A stretch of DNA of 64,000 nt, taken from NCBI GenBank assembly GCA_002104945.1, contig MCFH01000012.1, positions 744,001-808,000 of the forward strand. The letters run 5' to 3'. Below are positions 30,871-59,775 of this stretch, piece after piece (the stretch's first letter is position 1; every line of letters starts with the position of its first letter). The notes beneath the pieces are model-generated. The model saw only the letters and a program-made list of their open reading frames with translations. It was not told the DNA's origin and made no database searches. The translations under genes were made by a program, and so were the position numbers. Source of the stretch: Piromyces finnis finn. Taxonomy: Eukaryota; Fungi; Neocallimastigomycota.

Positions 30871-31863
30871 TAATCCACCAAAACTTTATTACCACTTACT
30901 ATAATACCATGTGAAAAGATCTTTTAAGGATAAAAGAGTCTATTTCTGTAGAGAAATTAATATAAAATAAAATATATATATTTTATTATTATTATTATTT
31001 ATTCATTGTGATTTTCTTTTTCTCTTTCTTTCTCTTTTTTTTTTTTTCTGTAATTTTTTTTTTTATTTTTTAGTAATACATTGACTATTATTATTTTTAT
31101 TATTTTATAACTATATCTATGAATTTAATCTTTCAAAAAAAAAAAAACATTTTTTCCACACTACTGCCAATAATAAAAATAGGATAATATAAAATATATA
31201 GGAATAGTAATTATTATTATTATTATTATTATTCTTTTTATTATTATTATTTTTTTATTATTTTTAAGGTATTATATTAACTTTTGATTAATTATTGTTA
31301 ATTGTTAATTATTCATGGTAATGAATTTTAATAAGATTTTCAATAGACAGAGATAATGGATGATACCATTTACTTTTTTCTTTTTTTTTCTTTTTTTTTT
31401 TTTTAAAAAAAAAAAGGCAAAAGTAAAAAGAAATTAAACTTTTAAAAAAAAAAAAAATTAAATAAAATTATTTATAGGATATATTTAAAAAAAATAAGAA
31501 AAAAAAAAAAAAAAGTGTTCTATTATTTGAAATATTATTTGGAATAAGTTATATTTTGTATATTTATATTTTTAATCTATTGAGAGATTATTTATTTATC
31601 TTGGGTAAAAAGAAAAGTGCATTTTTGATAAATTTAAATCATTAAATTAATAATTGATAATAATTGGTGTTTTATTTTATTTTTTTTATACACTTCTATT
31701 ATTATTATTTTTTTTTATTTTGATAAAAGTTTTTTTTTGTGAATATTATAATTCTTATTATTGCTGCAGTTATTGTTGTTATACCATTTGTTTTTATTGC
31801 AATATATTATAATGAGTAAGTACATTGGATACATTAGGTAATGATAAACCCCCTTTTTTTTTT

Positions 31864-33903
31864 TTATATTTTGGAAAATCTTCTTTCTCTTCGTATAGTA
31901 TCATAGGTAGTTGTAGTTGTACCAACATCAGATTTACTATAGGTATGGGATGTAGTGGTGGTTGCCGCTGAGGTTGGAAAATTATAATTTTTAAAGAGAT
32001 CATTCATAGTATTAGCAGCTGATGTGGTTGTTGACGTCGTTGTAGGACTATCAAAGTTTGCTGACGCAGATTTTATTAATTTTGAACTATTATAGGTTGC
32101 TGGTAAAAAGGAAGTAGAAGGGCTGGTATTACTACCATCATTATTTTTTTGATTAAGGATAGGTTTTGTAAAGCTTGGACCAATACCATTATTTTGTAGG
32201 GTACCTTTAATATATTTCATAAAGGATAACATTTGAAATTGAATAGATTGAAAAGACGTTCTCAACGACTGTATTTCTTCTTTTAATCGTATATTTTCAT
32301 CAATCACCATCATATTATAACGCATTTCCAAATCATTCAAGGTCAAATTCGTATTTTGCATATCACATTTCAGTAATTGCACTTCATTTTCCAATTCTGC
32401 CATGGATTCCGATACAGCTTGTTGTTGTTGTATCACCATATTATTATTTTTATAAATGTCTAATTCTCGACGAAGCTCGGTAATTTCATCGGTTAATTGG
32501 TATATTTTCCTTTTTAGTTCCGAGTTTTCTGTTTCTAATTGTCTTTGGTTTTTCGTATAAACATTTTCAAAAAAACCTTCAAATTGATGATATTTACAAG
32601 ACTTTTCATGTTCCTCGACTAATTTTAATTTATCCTGCCAGAGACATCCAAACTTTTTATATTTACACTCTATAATAAGATCTTCTTTAACAGAGGATTC
32701 CGCCTTTTCAAATTCTTCACAATTTTTAATATGTTTCTGTTTATGGATGAATGTCATGTTGAAATATAAATTTATGTTTTTACGATAAAAAAATATACAT
32801 TTTTTATAATAAAACATACATACGCATATATATATTTATTTATATTTATATAGATAGATAAATAGTATAACACATATTATATTTATAAAATAGTATTGTT
32901 TGTAATAAAAAGTAGAAGAAGGAAAAAAAAAAAAAAAAAAAAAAAAATTAAAATTTAATTTATAGATATAATTACTATTTTTTGTTTATTTAAAAAACCT
33001 ACCATTTTATCCTTTTGAAGATATATTTTTTTACAAAATTCACATTCAATTTCTTTATAATCACATTGATTTGAATGTTCTTGTAATTCTTTTTTAATCA
33101 CTTTTTGATGACAAAGAGAATGAGGACATTCTACTAATTCATATTCACAATGATGATAATGTTCATAAAGGAATTGTCGTTGGCATATATGTGGACATCC
33201 ATTCATTTTATTTGGACAATATATTTCTAATTCATTAAGAATATTGAGAATTAATCGATCTACCTTTTTAAACTCTTCACACTTTATTTCTTTTCTATCA
33301 TACGGACAATTATTTGATATTTCAAGTGCCGATAGTATACATTCTTCACAAAAAGTATGTCTAATAGATAAATAAATAAAAAAAAAAAAAGTTTTATAAA
33401 TATTTAAATTTATTAATAAAAATCAAAATGTATAAAATAGTTTTTTTAAAAAAAAAAAAAAAAAAAAAAATAAGCGAGAAAAATTAAAATTTTATATAAT
33501 TTTGGTGAGAGGTAGGGATTAGATTGAATTTTAAAAAACTTTTTAAAGTTTTGTTTACTTACCCACAAGGTGTAGCTATTGGATTTAATAAAGGTAAACG
33601 ACATATTGGGCATAATAAATTAACATTGACAGGATTGACTGTTATTTATATATTTAAATTCAAACAAATGAAAAATAAATAAAAGTAAATATACCATGTA
33701 AAAAAAAAAAAAAAAAAAAAAGATTTCATTTTAATTTTAAAATAAATTTTATTTGTAAATTTGAAAAATAATAAAAATTCTTTATGCAAATAAATTATTT
33801 TATTGTATATATTAATGAAAGTTAAAAAAAAGAAATAGTACATACCATATCCTATATTTAAATTTTTGAGTAGTCTTAAATTATCTTTTTCATGTTCATC
33901 CAT
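31864..33903 (-). CDS. RING (C3HC3D) plus TRAF-type zinc-finger plus coiled-coil protein, probable E3 ligase, no MATH domain; 4 exons (33903-33846, 33638-33563, 33360-33003, 32736-31864), 454 aa
   Basis: CPICRLPLLNPIATPCGHTFCEECILSALEISNNCPYDR is followed by TRAF-type fingers (CPNKMNGC...HYHHC, CPHSLC...HSNQC, CEFC...HIKNC, CKYKKFGC...HEKSC), heptad repeats and an S/T-rich tail. Exons sum to 1365 nt. Confidence 0.88.
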
Positions 33904-34670
33904 TTTAAAAAATATGAAATTAATGAAATTTTATAGTGATTTAAAAAGGTAAATTACAGATAACAATTTATATTTATGTTTTTTTTATATATGTTTATTA
34001 TTTAAATGTTATCTACAAATAAATATGAAATACTTTAATAATTAATTAAAGAAAAAAAAAAAAAAAATTATTTTTTTTAGAATGAAAACAAATGTGGTTT
34101 GAAATATATATAAAAGATGATTGAATATGGTGTGTGATATGTGATTTCAATAGAATTGTATTCTATATATTTATTATTTGAATATTCAATTGAATAAATA
34201 AAATTTTATTTTTTTTATTTATTTTCTTTTTTTAATTTTTACTTTTTTTTAAACGAAATGAAATAAAATGAAATAGAAATCTAAATTGTCAGATTTCATT
34301 TATATTAATGGACATAAAAATGTAATATGTTTTTTTTTTTACAATTAAAAAAAGTTTTACTTTAATTTGTAATAATGCTATATAATATTTTAATATTATT
34401 ATATTTACGTTTGCTTTTTTTCCCTTCTTCTTTGTTTGATTTGTTTTCTTTCAATTTCAATGGCCTTTTTCAGTCAATTTTAAGGTTCATCTTCAATTTC
34501 TACTTTTAATTTTTCCAAAATAAATTTTTTAAAAAATTAATCATCCTTTAATTAAATACCAATAAATTTTTTAAAATTTAGAATGTGAAAAATTTAAAAA
34601 AAATACAGAAAAATCAAATTTTTTTAATTATGAAAAAAATCTTTTTTTTTTACTTTTCTTTATTTAATTG

Positions 34671-34678
34671 TAGTAGTA

Positions 34679-34713
<35 letters not shown>

Positions 34714-34812
34714 TAGAATAATAATTAGAATAATAATAATAATAATAATAATCTATAATAATAATAATAATCTATAATAATAATAATAATAATAATAATA
34801 AACATAATAAAC

Positions 34813-34847
<35 letters not shown>

Positions 34848-34849
34848 TA

Positions 34850-34892
<43 letters not shown>

Positions 34893-34910
34893 CATAATAA
34901 TAATAAATAA

Positions 34911-34970
<60 letters not shown>

Positions 34971-35015
34971 CGGTAATAATCGGTAATAGTAATGTTAGTA
35001 ATAATAATTATAATA
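34671..35015. repeat. Degenerate (AAT)n array with duplicated interruptions
   Basis: AAT run interrupted by paired variants (aattag, aatctat, aaacat, aatcggt). Confidence 0.9.
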
Positions 35016-38000
35016 AAAGATACTTTTTTTATTGAATAATTCATTCATTCTTTCTTTCTTTCCTTTATTATTTATTTAATATTATAATTTTAGAGTTCTT
35101 TTTATTTAATTAAAATTTTTATAAATAAAACATATATATATGTTAACATTCTTTTTCACTATAATGTACAAATTCTTTATCTTTTTTTTTTTAATGAATA
35201 ATATATGTCTATGTAATATTATAATATCGATAATATACTCTAATCATTAAAGTATTATTTTCTTTCTGAACAGTATTATTTATTTATGATATAGTAATAT
35301 TATGTAGTAATATTATATACATTTTAATTTTACTAAATATTAATAAGCATTTTAATTTTTTTTGCTTATTTATATATTTTAATATCTTTCCTCTTTCTCT
35401 CTTTCTTACATACTTACACTTTTAATATTATTATTAATAATTTAAAATTTTAAAAGTTTTTTTTTATATATATAACTTATTAGAATTTTTATTTAACATT
35501 CTATATTTTTTTTATCCTATTAGAAAATAAATGACTTTGTCTAAATTTCTTTTTTTAAAAAAAATAATCACATTTTAAGTAAATGAAAAATAACCACCAT
35601 TATTACAATCACCCTTTCATAATAATAAATAATAGAATAAAAAAAGTTATGTATTTCTTGAATCTATTAATTAATAAATAAAGATAAAAAAGGTTTAATT
35701 CATAATAAATATTATGAAATAGTTTAATTCTAAATTCTAAAACAATATTTTAAATATATATATATATATATTAACTTTTTTGAAAAGAATAATTTTATTA
35801 TTCATAAAGTCTTTCTTTATGTCTTGTTCATATTAAAAGTTTGTTTTCATTTTGTATATATTCTTTTAAATAAAACTAACTAAAAGAGAGTTGTAGGAAC
35901 AGGATAATATAAAACTGAATGTCATTTAATTATATTTTAATTGGTGTTATTTCTTTCTTTTTTTTTTTTTTAAAAAAAAAACAATTCTTTTACTTTTAAA
36001 TTATTAAGAATATTTCATCTTTTTAAACCTTCAAAATGGAACATACATCAAAGAGGGAAAAATAAAAAATTTATTATTTATAGTTTGCTATTCAATTTAT
36101 AATATATTTATAATATAATATTTAATATTCATAAATATATTGTATATTTATTATTAATATAATTATAATTTTTTATTTATTTTTAATGTATTTTATTTAA
36201 ATTAAAATACATTTTTAATAATAATTAAGGTTTTGTAGCTACATTACATTTTATTATTCATTAAAATTTATATAAAAATATTAATAAATGAAATATAAAA
36301 CTTTAATTATTAATAAATTGAGAATTTTTATTCTATGTATCATTTTTATTTTGTTATTATGAAATAGGTAAAATGTTAGTATGCATTCTTTTTCTTTCTT
36401 TCATAGTAGGCTTATTAGGGCCATTTTTATAAAGTATTTTAAGCAGTAACAATGAAGTAGTGAATTTTTTTTAAAATTCTTTTTTTTATCAAAAGGTTTA
36501 TTATTGATAAGGGAAGAAAAAAGTCCTTGCCTAAATGATGTTATTATTTGTTTGTGGCTTAGCAAACCAATATTAAATATTATGTACAATAAAAGAGAGA
36601 TAAAAGTTATTTCCATAGAAAAAAGTTATTTATCTTTAATATTTGTATACATATAATTAACAAGCCATATATTTACGTATATTACACGTCAATAAAAAAA
36701 TATCATATTTATTTATCCCAATTTAGCCAATCAATATATTTTTATTATTATTCAATATATTATGATTATACTATGAATATATTAGAAATATTTTACCAAA
36801 TTATTATCTATATGAAAATTTAAATTACAAAATTTAAAAAAATATATTTTTAATCTATTTTATATTAATATATGATACAATATATGCATATTATATATTA
36901 CATTAATATAACAATATATTTTATTTCTTATATAATAATAAATTGGAAATATGTTTAATCTTTTTAGAGGCTTTCAACTTTATTTATTATAAAATCAGAT
37001 TCGATAAACACTAACCCTTTACTACCTGGGAATTTTACAAACTTTAATAAGGGCAGAAGATTTTATATATAAATAAAAGCGAAAGCTGTACTTGGAAGAA
37101 CTTTATTCTTAATGCATGGATAGTCAAATTTTCAATTCTTAAAATATACCTTTTTCATTCTTTTTTATTTTTCTGGTATTTTTGAGATAAAAGGAATTTC
37201 CTTTTTTGGTTTGTGGTGATTTTTTTTATTTTCCTTTGTATGAAATTTTAAATGATTTCATTTATTTCTTTATATATTAAATTATTTTATAATCTATTAC
37301 TATTATATTATTCAATTTATTTTTAATATATTGGTTATAAAGTGTGGAAAAAAAATTAATTTTTTTTTTGTAAAAATTTTAATCTAAATATACAAAAAAA
37401 AACAACAAAAAAAAAAAAGTAAAAAAGAGCAATTTAAAAAAGAAAAAAGCAATCTTAAAAGTGTTTTTTATACTTAAAAAGTTGACGAAAAGAAGGAACA
37501 AAAAGCAATTTTATTAGGAATTTTTTAAAAAAAAGCATTAATAAAAGAAAGTAAAAAAAAAACGATAAAGAAAATCACATTTTAAAAGAAAGAAAAAAGG
37601 ACAAATCATAACAATAAAATAACAATAACAAAAGAGGAAAAAAAAAAAGTGCACTTTTATTATTTTATTTTAGAAAAGAAAAGGTATAATATCATTTTTT
37701 AAAAATTTCAATCTTTGAATAAAATAAAGTGTGAAAATAGAGAGAAAGAGAAAAAAAAAAAAAAAAAAAGGAAAATAAAAATATTAAATAATATGGCTAC
37801 ATTTAAATAAAAAAATAGAATTTTAAAATTTCAATATATAGAATAGATGGTTAAACATCAACTCTTCATATAATATCATTTATTAATCTTTATATTTTGA
37901 TTTAGTTATTACATTGTTCATATTATTAACTAAATTGATATATATTATTTGATTTTATTATATTTATTATATATTAATATTAATAATATTAATATTATCC

Positions 38001-38227
38001 ATAGGTTAATAATATACTTTTAAGAAAAAGAATATAATAAAAATAGCAATTATAGGATTGTTGGAAATTAAATTGTATTATATGTAAAAGTATGATATAA
38101 TAAAAACAGGCTATTTTTTTTTAAAAGGACCAAAATAAAATATTTTTATTTTTTTTTTTTTTATAAAAAAAAAAAAAAAAAAAGACATTTTTTAAAAAAA
38201 AAAAAATTAAAGAAAAAAAAAAAAGTC

Positions 38228-44103
<5,876 letters not shown>

Positions 44104-44125
44104 ACACTATTCTCTTGAATCTTTT

Positions 44126-44159
<34 letters not shown>

Positions 44160-44398
44160 CACCTCTCTTTTTTCCAAATATATACTTTTTTTTTTTTTTA
44201 AATAAGATATAAATAATAATTTTTTTTATAAAAAGTATATAACGTATCTATATAACCTATAATATAAAAATACACCCTTTATTTTTTTTACTTTTAAATT
44301 CATCCTATTAATTTCAATTCTTCATTTCTAAACTTTATATATATAAAAATAACTACATTATATATATTTATATAATATAAATAACATATGATTATTCA

Positions 44399-44458
<60 letters not shown>
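44399..44458. repeat. (AAT)20 microsatellite between convergent genes
   Basis: Direct reading. Confidence 0.95.
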
Positions 44459-45163
44459 TTTTTCTCTTTTTTTGAAAAAAAATATATAATAGACAATAAT
44501 AATAAAAGAAGAAAAAAAAAAGAGAAAAAAAAAAAAAAAAGGAAATAATATATAATAATAATAATATAATATATAATATATAATAAAATTTTTTATATAT
44601 TTAATATTAACATTAAATCATCTATCTTGTAAAAAAAAAAAAAATAATAATTTTTTTAAAAGAAAAAATAAAGATGACATTAACAATACCCTTTTTATTT
44701 TTATTTAAAGCATTATTATTTTTTATTTTTAAAGCTATTTCACAATGAAATTAAAGATACTTATAGTAGTAAATCAAGGTATTTTTTTTTTTTCAATCTA
44801 AATGGAACTACTAGGGTTTGTAAATTTTTTTAAAAAAAAAAAAAATTTTTTATTTTCTCTTTCTCAAAAGTCAATATTTTTTTTTTAATTATATTTTTAT
44901 TTTTTTGTACATTGAGATTACATTTAAATAATATAAAGATTTTTTTTTTTACTTTCTCTTTATAAATATATATTTATTAAAAGAATAATCTATCTCTATT
45001 GGTAATGTGTATTTGTAATTTTTATTTTTATTTTTTTTTTTTTATTTTAAAATTTTTCATTCTTATTTTACAATACGAGTAATTTATTTACTTTTTTTTT
45101 TTTATTATTATTATTTTTGTATTATTAATTTCTAAATAGTTGTAAAAAAAAAAAATTTTTTTT

Positions 45164-47188
45164 TTATTCTTGAACACAAATTTGAAGAGCATTTCTAATA
45201 TTCATTACCATATTAGATTCATTATCGGTTAATTGAACAAGTTTAAGTGTATGAATTTGTCCACGAATAGCAATAAAGTGAAGATTAATATTTTGACATG
45301 TATTTGGATAGAGAGCACTTTTAAATTTTTTTTTTTTTTTTTTTTTTTTTTTGAATATTGAAAATTGAAATAAAGAATTAATAATAATATTAATAATAAT
45401 ATTAATAAAATAAAATAATTTTTTTTTTTTTTTTTTTGATGTTATTATTTAGCATTCCTACCCCAAGTTAATATTATTTTCTAAACAAATCAAGGATGAT
45501 TCCAATTTTTCATTTTCAGCCCATCTTCTTAAAAATTCTATTGATTTAAAAAATAAAAAATTTGGGTGTAATAATATTTAATAAGTTTATGAAATTTAGA
45601 AATTAATTTATTTTAGATTTGAATTTTATTTATTTTTGTGTTTTTTTTCATTTTCATTTTTGTTTTTATTTACCTTCGCTCTTCATAGCAAGTCCAATTT
45701 CTTTATTTGAAATTTTTGAATTATCAAGTAAACTTTTTATATATATAAAAAAATTATTTAAAATGTAATTTATACTTTTAAATATATATATATAATTCAG
45801 TGCTTACGCTTTCTTTTTTGCTTCATCGAGCTTTGATGGAATGACAACAGTAAAGTTTCTTGTTTTATTGGAACGATTAACAATAAATAATTGAATTGTA
45901 AATATCTTGTAAAAGGTAGCTGCAGAAGTAACTATTTAAAGAGAAAAAAAAAATTATATATTAATTATTGATATATTTACATATACATATATATATTTCA
46001 TTTATTTATGAAAAGAGTTTTAAAAATTAATTTTCATTTAAAATTTCTATCTATATAAATTTATAAAAATTTTTTATTTACCAGAGAAAGAAATTGTAAT
46101 TCCTTCATTCTTTAATTTTTCTTGATCATCAGTATTGAACTTTTCAAGAGCTCTTTGAGTTGTAGAAATACCTGGTTGAGTAATAATACCTTCCATACCA
46201 ACACCAGTACTAATATTACCAGGTATAAAGTTCATAGAACTATAGAATTTAGAACTGATAACTTGGTTATGACAACCTTCTACAAGTGGTGTTCCTTGAA
46301 CTGAAATTAAAACAGAATGAATACCATTCTTAAAAGCACTTGAGAGGGATTGTTCCATACCAACTAAAGAACTCTTATTATTATCTTCTAATAAACTAGT
46401 ATGATAAAGTAGGTATAAACGATCTTCTGGTTGAAGAGTGACTGGATAATCCTAATTAATATAAAATAATTAATATATATATTTGAACAAATAGAAAAAG
46501 GAAAAAAAAAAAAATTTTTTTTAATATTGATTTAATTTTTTTTTTAATAAAGACTTATTAATAGTAAGATAATTTTTATTCTTTCCTCTTTGTTATTATT
46601 ATTATTATTATTTATATTATTAATTATCATCATCGCCATTATTTTCCTTATTATTATTATTATTTTTTATTATTTTTTGTTATTACCAATACTGTCATTA
46701 TTATTATTATTATTATTATTATGATGATGATGATGATGATGATGTTGATTTACTTACACTTTCTGAACTATTAGAAGAATAACGTGTTACTACAGCATTG
46801 GTAATATCCACATTAAGTTGTTTCAATTCAATTGGTATAGAGTCATTACTAGAGTGACATTGAATTTCAACAGATAAAATACCTTCATCAGTATCAATAC
46901 TAGCAGAATGAAGATAAACTTCAATCATTGGCTTTAATGCAATAGATCTTTGAATAGTTCTACTGTAGATAGAATCATTAACAGATGTTCTACGATATTC
47001 GTAGAGACGAAGTGGTCTACTACTATTTGGGAAATTTAAGGTTTCTATAATGAAACCAATAAACAATTGAAATAGTTGATATTTGTTTATAAATTTTATT
47101 AAATTATATATATTGTATATATATTGAAAAATTAGAAATTGATAAATAGATTGATATAACATTTAGAAATTATAATTTATTTTCCTAA

Positions 47189-47219
<31 letters not shown>

Positions 47220-48291
47220 CATAATTCTTCTAAATGATTTGGTGAAGTAACTACTTCAGCATTACAATATTCTTCATTGTTTGCAATATCAGAATTTTTG
47301 AAACCTTCACCTGTTTTTTGTACAAGTGAAGCAGATAGTATAATACTTGGTGATTTTCTCTTTTCTTTAATACCAGACATATCTTAATATTATATAAAAA
47401 AAAAAAAAAAGATAATTATATAATATTGGTATTTTCAAAAGGAAAAGGAATAAAAAAAAATCTTTAATATCCATTATAATTATTATGAATGATAAACTTT
47501 TTTTATGATTTGATGATATAATTCTGTGAGAGTAAGATGCTTATTAAAATGTTAAGAAATATAAAAAATAATAAATTGTTTCAATTTTAACAAAAAATAA
47601 ATTATTTACCAAGTGGAACCTTTAATGGGAATACACAGTATCCTTCTTCTTTATTAATTTCTGGCTTTTGTTCATCAGAATTGTAAATTAATGAAAACAG
47701 AATTTCTTGGTTACTTTGGAAAATATTATTTTCAGTACTATCGGCACTTCCAATTTTTTTTTTACCATTTGTTTCTGTGAAGTTTGTCATGTTATTTTTA
47801 TTGAAATAATTTTCTGCTATAGAAACGGTGACTTGAACTTCAGAAGTTTCAATTATAGAATCAATATCAACATTTTCATTTGAAAAGCGTATAACAAAAT
47901 AAAAACTTAAAACTTCATCTATATTTTTATACCCAATTGTATATACAATATGAAAATAAAAGAATATTGTTGAATATTATTTTTCAGTTTTATTGACATT
48001 GAATTATTAAAATTGAGCAGGCGATTATATTGTATAGTTTTTTTTTGTATATATATATCATACAATTTTATTATTTATATATTAAACAAGCAAACAAACA
48101 AAATATATTATTGGTATATATTATATATAAAACAATTTTAATAATTAATAGTAATGTTCTTTGAATTGATATCTACCACGAAAAACACATTCTCTTTGTT
48201 TAGCATTTATAATTTCTTTAATATCTTCTGAATTGGTTTGTGGAACCAATATATCTAAAGAAATTTCTTCTTTTTCCTGTTGCTGACTCAT
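45164..48291 (-). CDS. TRS65: TRAPP II complex subunit Trs65-like (TRAPPC14-related), about 9 exons
   Basis: N-terminal LDILVP...RECVFRDEVLSFYFVI, central DYPVTLQPEDRLYLLYH, and C-terminal SSLICLENNINLGALYPNTCQNINLHFIAIRGQIHTLKLVQLTD all fit Trs65 patterns as recalled. GT-AG junctions keep the frame to TAA at 45166-45164. Confidence 0.75.
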
Positions 48292-50511
48292 TTTTTATAT
48301 CTATATATGTATATATTTAAAAGAAAAGGATTTAATATGAAGAATAAATAAAAATAAATAAAATGTTAATATATATATAAAAAAAAAATACAATTAAGAT
48401 TTTAAAAACTTGTATATAATAAAATTTATATATATTCTATAATATATATCAAAATTTCAATATTTTATTTTTATAGTATTCTTTTATTATAAGATAATTT
48501 AATAATAATGATTTTAATAATAGGTGTATGTTTAATAAATGTCATTATTCCATTGAGAAATCTGATGTTTGATAAATCTTTGATAAATTTAAATTAGAAT
48601 TCTTCAAATTATTTATTATTTAATTAAATATATATTTCTTTTTTATATATATATACACTTCTGTTAACATTGGAATAGTTTATTAATATACTCTACGTTA
48701 AATGGAATCAATAATATTAATAATATTGTTTTTAAAGTAATATTTTTTTATAAATTATTATTTGTTATATATATTTTTGAAAATGTACTATTTGTTTTTT
48801 TTTTATCTAATAGCCTCAAGTCTTAATAAAAGAATTTTTAATATTTATTTAATTCAATTTCTTCTTTTCTTTTTATTAGCATTGTTTATTATTGTTTTCT
48901 TGGAAATAAAAGTATTTTGTTATTGTTTTGATTTTATATTTCAGTTCAAAAAAAAAAAAACAATAGTATATATTTCTTGTTTATTTTATTCAATTTATAT
49001 AAAAAGGTTTATTTTTTCTTTTCCTCTATTTCATTATAATATTATTAAGAATTTATGAAAAGATTTACATTTTATTATATAAAAAAGTGATGTTTGGTGT
49101 ATTTACAATTTAACAAAAAAAAAAAAAAAAAAAAACGGCGTATTGTTGATATTTTTTTTATTATAAAAAAAATTTTTTTTTTATTCCATTCAAATATTAA
49201 AAAATTTTATTTTTTATTAAAAATCATAAATTTTAATTTAATTATTACGAAATAATTGAAATTTTTTATTTTTTTTTTTTCTTTATACTACAAAAATTCA
49301 AAATCACTGATGATCTTAGTTTGAAAATAATCTCTTTTTTTTTCAAGGAAAAAGAAAGGATTATCTAATGATAATAAAAAGAATAAAAGAAAAATTTAAA
49401 AAAGAGTTGAAAAAAGTGAATAAAAAGAAAGGTAAAGAAAAGGAAAAAAAAGAAAATTTTTATTTTTTTTCTTTGTATATTTTGGTTAATGTATTAAGAA
49501 ATTAAATTGATTTTCTTTTCTTTTTTTTTCTTTATTTTTTATTCACCTTTTCCACTCTTTTTTCTTTTAGAATTTCAGTAATTTTAAAAGTTTAATGTTT
49601 GTTATATAGAACTTGAGTAACTTTTTTTTTTTTTAGTTTTTTTTTTCTTTTTATATTCTTTTTTTAATACTGTCCTTTTTTTTTTATAATTTTTATTTTA
49701 TATAAAAAAAGGTAAAAAAAAGAAAATAAATAAATGTATGTTAGATTATTATTTCATATTATTACATTATACTTTTCGTTGGATACTTTAAAATTACTAT
49801 TCTATTTTTCGAAAGGGTTTAGACCTACTTCATTTATAGTATTTATTTCTATCATAAATGTTATATTTAAGTAGCTTAAGTTCTCTTGAAAAATATTATA
49901 AAATTTTATTTATTTCATAAAAGTGTAAAGTGGAATAATGTCTATTTCGCATTTTTTTTTTTTTTTTTTTTTATAATTTTTTATGTTAAAATAAAAGCAA
50001 ACAAAAAAGAAAAAGATAAATAAAAATAAGAATATGAAATTTTATATTTTGGTATTTATTCTCATAAATATAAAGACACAAAATATACAAACAAAGATGA
50101 ATGGTTTACAGGTACTTCTGAAAAAAAATAATTATAATAATTTTTATAGTCTTTTTTTTTTTTTTTTAGTGTTTTATTATTTTATTATTTTTTTTTAGAA
50201 ATAAAAGAAATTAATAGGTAATAAATAAAGGAGGAAAAAAAAAGAGATAAAAATATAAAAATTATTATAATAATTTGTATGAAGTAAATATCTCGGCTTC
50301 TGAGTTTGTAAAAGAAACCAAAATATAATATATATTCTTGATTAAATCTTAATTTTATACAAGACAATTATTATTATTATTATTATTATTATTTATGATA
50401 TCCTTGGTAATAATTATTTTTTTTTTCTTATATAATTATTATATAAAAATGAAATTTTTAAATTTATTAAAGTATAATATATTCATGAAATAATAATATC
50501 TTGTTAGAAAT

Positions 50512-58917
<8,406 letters not shown>

Positions 58918-59775
58918 TTTCTTCTTTTTTAATATTTAATAAAATATTCAAAAAAAAAAAAAAAAAAGACTGCTCAACTATGAATGAATAACAATTCAAT
59001 AAATATATTTTATAAAAATGCTTTTTATTTTTATTTCTAATTCTGTTTTAATATTGTTATTTTATACTTTATAATACAACAACAACAACTATTTATTTAA
59101 AATATTTAAAATTAAAAAAATAAAAAAAAATTAAAAAATTAATTAGTTTTTAATTTAAGTTGTTTATGGTAAATTGATCCACTTTTCATAAATAAAAATT
59201 TATATTAAATTTTTTTTTTATTTTTTGAAATATTGACTTTTAATTTATTAAGAAAAAAAAAAAAAAAACAATTTTAAATTGTTTCTTATTATTATTATTA
59301 TTAGATTTTAAGGTTTTCTCTCTTTTTTTTTTAAAAAAAATTGATTAGAATGAAAGATTTTTATTATTGAACGAATTTATTGTTTTTTTTTTTTTATATA
59401 TATATATATATATATTTTAAATAATTAATAAAATATTCAAATATTGGTCTTTATTTAAAAAAATAAAACATTTTTTTTTATACATCAAATACATAAAAAA
59501 AAAAAAAAAACTATCACAACTTTTTTTATACCAAATACCATAATTTTTTTATAATACATAAAATTTTGTATTCAATGCAGTGTACAGTTATTTTTTTTTG
59601 ATATGTTAAAAGGAAAATAAAATCATAGAAAAACTTTGATCCTTAATAATAATAATTATTCTCTTTTTATAAATTTATTTTTATTATAGTTATAAAATAG
59701 GTTATATTATCATTAATAAAACAATTAAAATAAAAGCTAATAATAATAATAATAATAATAAAATAAAATAAAATA

